Shown in pieces: positions 34,974 to 47,525 of a stretch of 64,000 nucleotides of DNA; positions within the stretch are counted from its first letter, which is position 1; every line of letters begins with the position of its first letter. Made by a program: the position numbers and the translations under genes. The notes under the pieces were generated by a model, which saw only the letters and a program-made list of their open reading frames with translations, did no database searches and was not told the origin of the DNA. The stretch covers positions 62,001-126,000 of the forward strand of contig JADIIX010000025.1 of assembly GCA_027604505.1 (NCBI GenBank), read 5' to 3'. The stretch comes from Gonapodya sp. JEL0774 (taxonomy: Eukaryota).

Positions 34974-36846
34974 ATGCAACCAGATCACGGACTGCAAGAA
35001 GTGGTGCTCGATGTGGTTGAGTGCGGCCTGCCCCACTGCTCGCACGGGAGCCTGAGAAAATCCTCTATGGAAGACCCCCTATGTTGGAGTAAACCACCGC
35101 CAATCGAACGCATGTTGCCGATTGCAGATGTCACGCAGCCCCTAGAGATCCAGAAAAGGGCGGACCATCGACAGAGCTCTCACGACAGTGGAATGGCGGT
35201 AAGTTGTTTTCTTCAGGCCAACGCGCCACGTTATGTTTCTCCACCGACTTCTGCTTTTATACCGTTTCGATAGACTCCAATCGTTGGATCTCCGGATACC
35301 GCCGTCGCCGTTGCGGAGTATTTGGCAGCTCACGAGTTGGAAGGCGGAGATGGCTTGGCAGAGACGATCCGGGGAACGTTGTCTCGAGGGTCCTCGGACG
35401 GCTCGGAGCGGGTATTGTCGCCGAGACGCTACCGACCAAATGTGGACCGTCTCAAGGCTGAGCTAGAGAAACTTCATCTACGAGCCGGAGAGACTTCTGG
35501 GGGTGCACGTGGGAGTGGTGCTGTTTCGGACACACAGTCTCTTCCAGAGGGAACGGCTCGTCCAGGAGTAGCGCGGCACACGTCTGTGTTCTCTGACACT
35601 GGAAAGTACCACGAAACGAGCTCGTGGGCAGAACGTTCGAATGGTTGGCGTTCAGCGTGTGACCCCTCGTCGGAACCATCGTCAGGATTCTCCCCCAGGC
35701 GTGTGACATTACCTCGGCCCAGTTACTCCCATGCTTCAGAAGCTGCGTTTTCACTGCCTTTTCTGGTCGAGGACTTGGAACTCGATTTTGGAGTGGATGT
35801 TCCGGAAACGCCGCAGGTCACCGTGGTTGCAGGATCCTTCCTGCGCAACCAACCAGCTCTAGTATCCCCTCAACCCAATATCTCCTACGACGAACTCGCA
35901 ACATTCCGCCCATACAACCCTTCCAATGTCCGGGACTCGGACAGGCTGTCTATTCTGAGCTATCCGAGTAGCAGCATCATCCGTCCGTCCTCTCCCCAGC
36001 CTGCCCCGAGACCAGCCACAAGGCCGACCCTGCCGGTATCGGCATCAGTGATGGATACCCTTCGGGTGACAGATAGAGAGCTTGGCGAGCTTGAATTCAG
36101 GTTGGAATGGAAGAGTGCGACCGAGTCGACGTACAAGGAGCTCATGGGTATTCTTGGAACAGACGAATGTAGGATACAGCGAGGCTGGGAGTACAAGAAG
36201 GTACGAACTTTCTCTGAGTTTGTATACACGTGCTCTGACGGGTTTGTTCTGATGATCCTGTTGAATTCCCAAAAACAGAAAGATGTAGACTCGCTACAGT
36301 GGAGTGTGACGTACGCACCGGGAAAGCACGAGAATCTGCGACATGATCCATCGGGGATGTTACCGCGAATGGAAATGGTGAGATCTCTGGGCTATGGTGC
36401 AATTTGACCTGTTGTTATCTGCGTACACTCATGTTTGTCCACTTTGGTGATTGGACCCTTCACAGACCATCTTCTACAACTCTATCCAACTTTTTCTCCT
36501 CGCCGGCCGCTCGCTTCCCCGGAAACTTTCCAACCTCCGGGTACCAAACTTCATCGCCGAGTTCGTAGAACCTCTCGCGACGCCCACTGAATGGGCAGAA
36601 ATCGAGGCTCAAGGATCAACCGCCAACAACACCTACCACGTAGGCCTCGTTGTGCGTGCGCAAGGGGATCCGCTCAACGACCGGTGTAAGAAGATATTGG
36701 AAGCGTGGACCAAGTACGAATTCGTGAAAGTCAAGTCCGCGCAGGTTGGAATCCTCGGGAGGGCGACGAGTGTGGCCAGGATCATGGCACAGAAAGCTCA
36801 GGGGCACTCTGGTGGATCCGATCGGCTCGACTCCAAAAAGCGATGA
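34974..36846 (+). CDS. Hypothetical protein, uncharacterised family copy 1 (5' end uncertain)
   Basis: Intron 35199-35273 joins ORFs in frame. Shares blocks LPFLVE, ISY..L..F.PY, LEWKS...STYKELMG..G.DECR..RGWEYK, YAPG..EN.R.DP.G and T.FYNS..LF with the gene at 39983-41301. Confidence 0.75.
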
Positions 36847-37384
36847 GTCGGTGTGCTGAGGAAGCGAACAGTAATAGTATTGAAATGCCCACCGGCCGTA
36901 CAGGATTCCACAAAGGTTAATTAGATGCTCATGGGAGAGGTGGCAGTGAAAGTATTGTATATTCAATTTTGGACGAGTAATGGACATTATGGAGAATTGG
37001 AGATAGATTGCTAGTAGACTTGTACTCGTACCGTTTCAAATAGTCTCTACATGTAGTAAGGTATCGTTTGAACATTGAAGTCATGCATATGTATGTATGC
37101 ATAATGTCGACTGTTGCTCTGATCGATCCTGCCATCCTTGATCAGTCTCGGCCTGTTACTATACACAAATATAGCTTACTTTAAGTTTTTGTGTGCTGAC
37201 CATGCAAGCACAAATGACTTTCTTTGACCGCGTGGTGATACTCATTATTAGACTGCATTTTCTAGTATTTGTGTGCGTGCTAAAGATTGCCTGTGTCCGC
37301 ACAAACGATCATGTACCTTGCCTCTCAGATCAAACATCTGGCGACGTGCGGCGCCAAGCACCACATTTTTGAATCAGAACGACG

Positions 37385-38658
37385 ATGGAGCCGAATCTCT
37401 TGAAGCTAGCGCTGGCTGCGATATTGGTGCTTGCGTTTCCGTCCGCATCCTTGCAGCAGGTTCTGCCAGCTTGTCTCTCCATCCCTATTCCCCAAAGTAG
37501 TCCGCTCCTTCCGTTCAAGAACGTGGTCGTATTCGGTGCATCGTGGGCCGACGATGCACACAGAAATGGTGGAGCGATGGCGTCACTAGCGGCATCGCTG
37601 GATCCGGCGGGGATCTCTCAATTCAGTGGACGTGCAAGCAATGGTGAGAGATTGCAGATAAACCCACAACCGGGGAGCCACTCCTCAATTGTATTGCGGC
37701 TCCTTCCCACGTAACAACAGGTCCAACATTTGCTGAATTTTTGACCATGAATACCGGTTTATTCCATGACGGAAGCGCGGCAGCTGCCGGTGGAACTTGC
37801 CGACCTGGTCTGCTGAATGCAAATTTGACCAACCTTGCATTCAGCGGTGCCGCATGCGATAATAAAATTGTAAGTTTCAAGAGACTGCTTGGTGTGCATG
37901 TGGATGCATTTTTAGGTTTAACGACCTATCCATGATATTAGTTTGGGCAACCGGACCCAACAAAAGCACCCTTCAGTGTCGTTCAGCAAGTACAAATGGC
38001 CATCAGCAACGGCCTACCTGACGCTGCGACCACTTTGTACCTCTTCCTGCCGGCCACCCAGGACATTACCGGCCTCAAAGCCATGGACAACGCAACAACA
38101 GAGGCTCAGGTTGCAACGTGCTACCAGAATGCCATGATGACGATCGCATCCATGGGTGGCAAGAACTTTATGCTGGCTACGAGCTACCCGTACAACTTGG
38201 CACCCGAGACCGTCAATGCAAACAAGACAACTCTTCAGGCCGAGGTCGCGAAAGTGAACTCTGGGATTTACGCCGCGCCATCCGCTCTCAAGACTGCATT
38301 TCCAGCGACAAACACGTGGCTTGTCGACATGGTCTACGTGGTCCAAACGTTCGTCATGGGCAACAGCGCCTTGTTCTACGGGCCCGCGTCCAACATGAAT
38401 ACGGCGTGCAGCGCTGGTGGGACTGCCACTGCCGCATGTCAGGCGGGAGGACCGGACACGTTCTTTTGGTGGGATGGTCATCGTGCGTATACTTCTTTTT
38501 GAGTGCGGACGACATGTGCTCATGCTAACCCCCGCGACACAAACGACCCTACTTGATTCTCCACATCAAAAGATCCCACCAGAAAGACGCACAGTATATT
38601 AGCACAAATTATGTTTTATTACCTCTCTCTCAATCCTTTCACGGGGCCTTTGGCGTAG
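37385..38658 (+). CDS. Secreted GDSL/SGNH esterase-lipase (CE16-like)
   Basis: Signal peptide; block I VVFGASWAD; GRASNG|PTFAEFL; NLAFSGA; block V WWDGH|HPT...H (DxxH). Stop at 38656-38658. Confidence 0.85.
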
Positions 38659-38855
38659 TGTCGCATGCGCACTTTCTCCCATGACAGTTTCCTGAAACTC
38701 AACATCCAGATACGTTTTCCAAACAGCCTTTTATCAAAACTTGTAAATATTCTAGTATCGTAGTGCATGTATTGCGTAACAAAGCATAGTCGGAACAGCC
38801 AGGCCCAAACAAATCTGTTCGTCGACACCCGCATTTGGGGCAGATCCATGCTCAC

Positions 38856-39237
38856 GAGTTGGTACTCCCATTCTCGCTGGACACTCCATTCCTCCCGTCC
38901 CAGTGTTCCTATGAGCTCTTTGTGCGTCGACGTGGTGGCGCTCTTCCACTCCAATTGAAACTCGACATCATCAGTGTTCCCTTCTGATATTACATACTCG
39001 GAAGGTACACATGGAGACTCTTGAGTTGAATCGAATCAAAGGATCACGATGACCACCCTCATTGACACTGATAGGATAAGTGAGGATACATAGCCTTGAC
39101 TCTTTCGGGAGTGCTGCAAGTGATATACTGACGGAGCGAGGAGAGATCTTTGTACGATATATCGGTCTTGGGAAACGGTTTTGAACGTTCGGGGCCTCTG
39201 CAGTGGGAGACAGGTGGGCTCGGAATAGTACACGCAT
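38856..39237 (-). pseudogene. Degenerate third copy of the uncharacterised family
   Basis: ISYKDL, RLCILTYP and LEWKSATTSTHKELIGTLGREEWSVQREWEYQ lie in different frames with an intervening stop; the C-terminal exons are absent. Confidence 0.7.
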
Positions 39238-39982
39238 TCTCCCTCTTCTCTATGAACGCATTGGGCCTATATGTGAGCGTTTCTGATCTTGAAAGAGCTG
39301 TCGCGCTTCGCAGTGGTCGCCCGAGCTTGCCGCATAATGGCCGCTTCCGTGATCCGTGGATGTCTCAATCCAGTCACTTGGGTCCAGCTGGTGGGCAGCT
39401 ACGAACTTGGTGATGGACATGATATATTCGTACAGTTGGACCAACTAGTATACAACCTCCGTAGCCAAGAAGCCAATCAGGCTCGGTATCTCTTCGCTGG
39501 CGAATCCTTATTCCACCTGACTGTGGTCGTGTGGCTCCCGATAACGTTGGTGGTGGTCTAATTCTGGTTGTCTCAAAACGAGATGGGCAGCGCACCTCCC
39601 ACTGGATGCCTCTGTTTATTACCAGGACACAATCCTTTTTATCCGACCAGAAAAAAAAAGTGGAGCAAAAAGAGTTCATGCAGAAACACGTACCAAAATT
39701 CGCAAAACTTTGAGCGCCCAAGTCACAAGCGTGGAAACTACGGCACTGAACATCTATAATGCATATTTTGAGCAGTCGACTCGCAGAAAAAGTGGAAAGA
39801 GCTCTGGAAAGGCTGAACACCGAAAAGATACAGCTTACAAATACAAAAAATACAGGAAGAAACAAATATGCTCAAGTAAATAGCGTAAAATCTCTGCTGG
39901 ATAAAAGTATGCACTCTCCTCCGTGCCGGATCCTTGTTGCATCCCAACCAACTCCGTACCTTCGTCATCCTCCTCACAACCG

Positions 39983-41301
39983 TCAGGCCCGAACGATTGA
40001 CCGCGCCACACTCAGAGTCACTGCCTTTGCAATGGTAGACGATTTACCAACTAGACCCTTCTGCATGGCGGTGATCCGCCATAATTCGTCCTGAGTCCAC
40101 CTTTCAACACTGCTCCGACATTTATTCGAAAGCTTGGCACCCTGCACTTTGACAATAAGTCCGACATTTTGGGTATTGCAAAAGAACTTGGAGGCGCCTA
40201 GTGGTTCAACGTGGGACCACTCGGTGGGGCAGGCAAGCGGATCGACAAGCAGAGCTGCAAAGGTCGGTACCCGTAGGTTGGGGAGCCATCGAGGAAGTTC
40301 CTTGCAAGCTGTTCGAAAGAGTTCGAAAGAGTTGTAAAACATAGTCTGGTAATGAGACCCATTTAGCTGTTGAGGAGTTGATACCATGGATGAAGACGCA
40401 CTCCATCAAACACGCACCAGCTGGAATCGTGGCAGTGCACCGGTAGGATCAGCTCTGATATTCTCTAAGGCACCAGGCGCGTAGCAGATTCTCCAGTTGT
40501 AAGAATCTATTTTGACCTAGATGCATCCGACGAAGGGCGTGTAAGAAAATACCATATATCTCTGATTGATAACTCAAGCAGCAAGCTCATGCGAACCTGC
40601 TTATACTCCCAGCCACGGTGAACGCGACATTCATCCCGCCCAAAGGCACCCATGAGTTCTTTATACGTGGAGTCTGAGACGCTTTTCCACTCTAAACCGA
40701 GCTCAAAATCCCAGACATCTCTTTCCGAAATGCGCAGTGTCTCATCTCTAGACGATCTGATTGAAGGAGAACAGCTCCCACGGGTTCGAGGATGAGGCGG
40801 TCCATCAGGGACTTGAGGCAAGGACGCCGGGTAGCTCATAAGTGATAAACGCTCGTCGTTGGTCGCCGAGGTAGGATCGTAGGGGTGGAAGTTCGCAAGG
40901 TCCTCGTAAGAGATGTGATCATGTTTGGCGTTTGTTGGCAGCTTGCCCATAGATTCCGTCCCATGGGAGGCTGGAATTAATTCGTCGGGGTATTCCAGCT
41001 GCTCGACAAGGAATGGCAGCTCGTATTTGAGACCCTCGTGTGTACCCAAAAGGGTGCGAGGCTGGTCGGAGAAGCTCGTTGAGAGGGATCCCCGTTGACC
41101 CAGCGTCACGAATGATTTTGCAGATCCCAGAATCGGAGACTTTCCGCTGAGAGCGTTCGAGTGGTCAGCATCAGAATGGCGAGAAAGTTGATACTGTTCG
41201 GGATTGTCAAGCCCGCGAGAACTGATATGAGAGGCACTTGGGTTCTCCTGTTGTGCCTCGAGGGACTTCATTTCTGACGAGAGCTTCGCGGTTTTCTGCA
41301 A
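39983..41301 (-). CDS. Hypothetical protein, uncharacterised family copy 2 (5' end uncertain)
   Basis: Paralog of 34974-36846 with matching intron positions (after WEYK-x and after LPR-x-x-x). Confidence 0.75.
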
Positions 41302-41701
41302 TCAAGCAAGAGGATGAAATGAATCGTAAGCAGTGGCTGCAGGTTTCGTGTGCAGGTTTCGTGTGCCTGATGAACCTTGTCACGAGGCCTCTCTACAAGC
41401 GGCTCCTCGCAATTTTTGCACCGCCGTTTCAGAAATATTCTGTGACACGATTATCAAATAAATTTATTGGCAAGTTTCGAATAATGCAAAAGACTCGACC
41501 GTCATTCATGTGGAGGAAGGGATTCCAATGGCTATGGAACAAATCCGGCCGAACCCATTGAGATTTTCTGAGAAAAAGCGTTCTACGCTAGGATTCCAGC
41601 GGATTGTCTGTCTACTGCGAGGGAATACATTCGGCGACTGGAATGTGTGCGGTTCACCCACATCACGGCATCCCAAACACCTATTGAAATCCCTCTGCAC
41701 G

Positions 41702-42949
41702 ATGCTGTCATGGATCCAGGACCAGCTTAAAGGATGGTCTCTGAGGCAGGTGAATGGTCTTTTCCATGAATGTCACCATTACGAAAGTCCAACGAGCTCT
41801 CCCTTCACTGCCCCTATCGCGATTCTCTCCCACAATCGGCATCATCAGTTCCTTCTGCAGACTCTGAATTTTTTCATAATCATAGCGTCTGTTTTCATGC
41901 TCTGGAAAGGCTGGTCCCTCTATGTCAACAGCGAAAGCCCCATTGTGGTTGTCCTAACGTAAGTGTCAATTCCTCGGGAAATGGTGACTCACCAACATAT
42001 TTGAAGCATGCTAATTGATTTTCGGTGTTCCATGGTGACTGTAGTGAGAGTATGGAGCCGGCTTTTCAACGAGGGTAGGAACCCAGGATGTTTCTATCCT
42101 CCATCATCGCAGAGAGCAGGCTTCTGAACTCTGCCACCGACGCTCCTATCTCGTCCGCTGCACGTCATCACAGCGATCTTTTGTTTTTATCCCTGCCGGA
42201 TGCACCCATTCGCGTTGGGGATATAACTGTGTTTAACATCAAAGGGCGAGACGTGCCAATTGTACATAGAGTTTTGACCGTGCACGACGAGTGAGTAGCG
42301 CCTACTTTGACGACGCAAACGTGTGCTGGGTTCTGGGCTGTTGTGCTTGTTGGTTGGAGCCTGTAGGTTTAAAGATAGCCCGTTCGGAAATTGATGTCCG
42401 GCTCGCACTGTAAGCGACACTTTGGGAAAGGGCTTGTTCACGGGACGTGCAGTAGCGGACTCGGTCACGTTGATTTATTGTGCAACGCCGCCTGAGTGAC
42501 TTGTTTGCAGATATCTCATAATATCTTTTGTCCTTGCGAAAACAGGATTGACACAGGCAAGCAGTACATTCTCACGAAAGGCGACAACAATCTAGCTGAT
42601 GACCGAGGCGGAGGCCTTTGTGAGCACAAAGTGATGGTTGTGTTTTGTCCTGAACTCTCAATCTCTCAACTCAATCGTGAACCTCCAGACAATCCGAACC
42701 AGCTCTGGATCCACCGCGAGGATGTTATAGGCAAAGTACAAGGGTGAGCATTTTGTATATAGATCTCCTTAGCGCACAACTTTTCTCGTCAATGCTGACG
42801 GTTTCCTTCTCCATCCGCATACTTCTCCACTTGACCCAAGTTTCCTGCCCTATGCTGGCATGGTGACCATCATTATGAACGAATATCCTCAGCTGAAGGT
42901 TGCGCTGTTAGGAGTTTTGGGATTGTTGGTCATATTCCAAAGAGAATGA
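41702..42949 (+). CDS. SEC11: Signal peptidase complex catalytic subunit
   Basis: [42 protein letters not shown] and [19 protein letters not shown]...QRE*. Confidence 0.96.
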
Positions 42950-43472
42950 CGGATCGCGGACCGCCGAGAAGGCATTTGCTGCACCCTTAAGTTGAGCGCA
43001 CATACCAATAAAACAATCATAATATTTCTTGGCGATCGAGTCTGAAGCCAACTAGCCAACCGAATCCTCGTAATTGTCTCGAGATTTGCCCTACTGGGAG
43101 AGTTTGGGAGTGCTTCTCCCTTACTTCCACTCGAACGTTTGACTTTCATCCCCGCACATACACTACACCGTTGATAGATTGATCATGAATGCAACAATCT
43201 GGACGTGGGTAGTGGAAGAATCGTGATGGTTACAAACACAATCCAACCAACGAAGTAAGTTTGATATTTGTTTGATCTAACGATCTAATTATTATGATGC
43301 TCTTTTACTTTTTCGTTTCAACATTTTTCATCGCACCCGTGTGCGGTTTCCCTAGCGCTGGCAGCTGGCTTTCATCGTGGGAAGAAGCTGAACCTCAACA
43401 AAGTGCGCAAGGTGAGTTGCCATGACTCAAAAAATGCTTGGAGCTTCCTTTTGGAGTGCTCACTAGTGTACC

Positions 43473-45796
43473 CTATTCCGACGCCGGCTCATCGGCTTCC
43501 GTCTCCCCCTCCCGAATACTGGGTGTCCTGCTCCTCTCGCTCGGAATCCAATGAAGCACCCTGGTTCTAACTACTTCAGGGATGGAGCAGAGCCGGGCGT
43601 GTAATGACTCGAGCTCCGTGGGAGAACGCAGCTCAACATCGGCAATGAGGTACGAGAAGGAGCCCCTGGACGCGGAAGTTTGACGTTCGATATTGACATC
43701 AGAGAGAATATTGTTGATTTGCTGGGGTTCGTGAATCGAAGAGAAGGACCCGGATGAATGTAAGGATTGCGCTCTCACAGGTATACGTATACAACCTTGA
43801 GCACACCGGGAACATTCTTGTGTACGTTAACCAGCCTGAAGACATGCTCGTTCTCGGGATGACGAGACCCTACAAAAAGGAGCGAGTTTCAACAGTAACG
43901 CTGATCCCAACCTCCAAGAGAAACTCACCCTCCACATTTGCCATATTCACACTTCCATGAGTCCCCGCCATATTCACGTACCCCACTAACTTGGTCGCCA
44001 CTTCTTCTCCAATAGCCTCCTGGGCTTCCTCGGTGCTTCCTCCTACATGAGGAGTTAATATTACATTGGGTACTCCTTGTACTATAGACTCGAAAGAGGC
44101 GTCATTGGTTGATGGCTCGTTTGTGAAGACATCAATAGCAGCACCACCGAGATGACCAGAACGGATAGAAGAGACGAGGGAGGGCAGGTGGATCTAGGCG
44201 GTGAAAGTAGGAAATGGTTGAATGTACCTGAAAATGGCGAGTACGATGCCCCACGAACCACTGATCCACGAGATGTGTCTGGGTGAAATGGATGTAACCA
44301 ACCACAGGTGTAGCACACAATGTTTAGCACTATCTGGTGAGTTCTGAGATGAAAAACTCACTGATAATACAGGCCCCCTTCTTACAAGCTGCCAATTGTT
44401 CAGCACCAATCATGCCATCTGTGTCTTTCGTGGCCGGAACGTGCAATGTGATGAAATCGGAGCGAGAGAGAACGTCAACGACCTGTTGCAACCGCGCAAA
44501 TGCATTGTGCGTCAGTATTAGAGGTGCAAGTCCTCGTCCCAATCCGGTTCCATGAAGCACCGCCAACATTTACCGAGGGCATCATCCTCGCGTTTCCTTT
44601 CGGCCGCATAGGAAAAGCGTCGTAGTACACGACGTTCATGCCCAAAGATTCGGCCATCATGCCGGCGGTGGAGCCAATTTTGCCGTACCCTACGATACCG
44701 AGTGTTTTTCCGTGAATTGTGTGGGAGCCCGTGGACGTCTGTGCGGAACCGACAAAAAACGATGGTAGTGAGTGTCGAATGAAGTTCAAGTCACTGTTGC
44801 GAACTATTGGATTCCCATTGTCATCTCACCTTCACCCACCGCTTGTTGTGCATCAGATTGTTAGAGTCACCAATGCGTCGAGCGAGAGCGAAAACATTCG
44901 CGAGAACAAGCTCAGCTATGCAATAAGAGAATAACAAGTCGGAGATGTTCCATCGCCACGAATACCGTGATTCATTCTCCTCCCTTCTCTCTTTATAACT
45001 CACCTACACTCCTAGTGCTCCCTCCCTGTGAATTAAACACTACAATGCCCATCGCAGTACAGGTTTCGAGATCAATCTGGTTGGTACCGATCCCGAACGC
45101 TCCGACGGCAATGAGGTTCTGGGCGTACTGGAGCACCCGTTTGGTAATTTTGGTTTTTGAGCTGATGGTGAAAAGCATATGAAGGGTCGAAGATGTTGGG
45201 AGGGAAACAGTCGTTTGTTCAAAATATTTTTGCGTGCAAACAGGAAAATTTCACACATATCGGCTCACCGGATTCCTAGAACATGAACAGTCGGTATGCG
45301 AGCAATAAGCTCCTCTTCCGTCAGGGACTTCTTCTCTGTTTCGATCTGAAAATGTGTGAAAAGGACGGAACTTGATTATCTTGTGAACACCCGTCCTCAC
45401 CCTGAATCCAGCCTGTCTCAGAACTTCCACACCCTTTTCGTTGATATTCTCCAGGAGCAGAACCTTCATCTCTGAAGCCTCCTTGAATGGATCGAAGAAG
45501 TTTAATGCATCATCCTAGCGGTGTGGTGTTCGGTTGTCAGTTTCGGTTGTGGACATTGGGAGACAAAACCTTTTGAGGGAGACGTACGTGGTGGGCCGCC
45601 CCGTGAACAGTCTTTAACGGTGCCAGCGATGAATGACAGAAAATATGACAGAATGTAATCAAAGAATATGTTGAAAGATGATGGAATCGTCCAGTCATGA
45701 TTGAGCGGGAGAGAAACTCGAACGACGCGAGAGGAAAGGGAATTGGATACGAACCTCGAGCACCCATGAAGCCGGAAGAGCAGCCGTTGTCACCAT
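43473..45796 (-). CDS. D-3-phosphoglycerate dehydrogenase (SER3/SER33-like) with C-terminal ACT-like region
   Basis: KVLLLENIN, GIGTNQIDL, GKTLGIVGYGKIG, DFITLHVP, INTSRG, GAAIDVF..EP, NVILTPHVGGSTEEAQ and the C-terminal YLIADV...TRVL. Confidence 0.92.
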
Positions 45797-46478
45797 TAGT
45801 CCCGATGGATTTTTGGGGGGAAGTGTATTGGTGATGACAATTTACAGCACTGTCGGTTCGGGATATACTCTATTTTCGTCAACGTTTGACGGCGAATCAC
45901 TTGCCGCAAAAGGATGCATTTCTCTTTCCTGTATGTACTTCATCATGCAATACAAATATAATTATCTAGGGTGCTGCCTTTTGCTGCATTGCTTATGATT
46001 GAAGTACGAGAAACTGCTGAAACAGCGAAAATAATATTCGGAGAATACTTCTGTAATAAGTTCATGGCATCGCGAAAAGGGTGATTAGCAATTCAAAGTG
46101 AAGTATCCGGTTAACAGGAACGCGATAGAGGAATGGCGTCCCATGATAACATGTTGCACAGTGCATGCAAAGTACATTTTCATTACAAGCATGAACCAAC
46201 ATACCTACTTAGCTTATTGTCGCCAAGGTGCGAAGTTCGAGCACGCAGGCTGGCGAATTACTGACTGACCAATCGTCCAACCGACCGCGTATCACTGCAT
46301 GGTGCGGATCGTGGAGACTGCGCACCAACGCCAATTCTTCGACACGTATCGGACAGGCGTACACACAATAAATTCTAGTTACACAACTACAGAGTGCAGC
46401 GTCCCAGAAGGAAGAGTCCCACCAAATCACACAAATCCCTTGCACAAGGCCTGGAGACCAAAAGCAGCACCTGTATTT

Positions 46479-47252
46479 TCACCGCCTCTTCCTTGCGGGC
46501 GGCCTACATCCAGCGTGCCTGACCGGCGTCACGTCCTCCACCCTGACCAACCTCCAACCAGCCGCCCTGAACGCACGAGCACTCTGGTCCCGACCTGGTC
46601 CAAACCCAGAAAGTCTCAGGGCTACTCCACCGGTCATCGGCACATCACTGAGCTTCTCCACAATGTCCAGGCAAACAGCGTACGCCGCATCAGGGGTTCC
46701 CCTATTAGCTTTCTTGAACCCAACTTTACCTGCCGACCGCACGCACAGGGTTCGGCCCGCAGAGTCAGACACGCTCACAATCGTGTTTCCTCGGCGTGCA
46801 GTGACGGTGACCACATGAGGGGGGCTGTAGGAGTTTCGGGGATCAATAAGCCCCGACGTAGGATCGCGCGTTTCGTTAAGGAGGGCTTCGAGGGTGGAAC
46901 GCGACGAGCCACGGGAGAGCGTGGGTGCTACGGAAGGCGTAGAAGATAGAGCCTTCAGAGGGGTTCCAAAGAGTTCTGCTGTGATGGATTTGCCCTGCGA
47001 GGACGACTCCAGAGGTTCGTATGGCAAGGTTGGACTCGGTTGCGAGAATCCTCTTGATCCATTGGTCGTAGAAGAATACGAATTTGCTGTACTAGGAGTT
47101 GAAGCGATTGTCCTGGACGCTCCAATGAGATTTGTCGCAAGTGGGTATCCCCTCAGAGCTCCTGTCGACAGCGATGAAAGAGAGGGGGACGAGATTGAAT
47201 GAAGCAGACTCTGCGCACCAAAAGCGCTTAATCTAGCGCAAGAAGCGGCCAT
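46479..47252 (-). CDS. MRPS11: Mitochondrial ribosomal protein uS11m
   Basis: Presequence-like N-terminus; GNTIVSVSD, SAGKVGFKK, GFGPGR and EDVTPVRHAGCRPP are uS11 motifs. Confidence 0.9.
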   Translation of the reverse strand: MAASCARLSAFGAQSLLHSISSPSLSSLSTGALRGYPLATNLIGASRTIASTPSTANSYSSTTNGSRGFSQPSPTLPYEPLESSSQGKSITAELFGTPLKALSSTPSVAPTLSRGSSRSTLEALLNETRDPTSGLIDPRNSYSPPHVVTVTARRGNTIVSVSDSAGRTLCVRSAGKVGFKKANRGTPDAAYAVCLDIVEKLSDVPMTGGVALRLSGFGPGRDQSARAFRAAGWRLVRVEDVTPVRHAGCRPPARKRR

Positions 47253-47525
47253 CGCCGGTGCGATTATGGAATTACGATATTCTTGTGGATGGTTCTAAAA
47301 TGGTGCCCCCGGCGACCAAAATTGGACTTTGAAAATAACCTTGCAATTTGCACGACTGAGCAACAAGATATCTAGTATGAGTAGCGTCGCTGGTTTCTGT
47401 TCCTCTTTTTCGTCTCTTCTGTCCCTGGTTTTACCTCCCGACGGCGAAGCCCCCCTCGTTCTTCGCTACACACAACCCGATTTGACGAGAATCTCTGATC
47501 CGTATTAAACACTCAAAGAAAAGCT

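Noticed and set aside
41339..41364. 13-bp tandem duplication GCAGGTTTCGTGT
   Set aside because: Only two copies and no spacers; a simple slippage event, not CRISPR-like.
43293..43391. TGATG...CTGA pair suggesting a C/D snoRNA
   Set aside because: Imperfect C box, no terminal stem and no recognisable guide.
46299..46949. 216-aa plus-strand ORF
   Set aside because: Overlaps the uS11m gene antisense and has no recognisable motifs.
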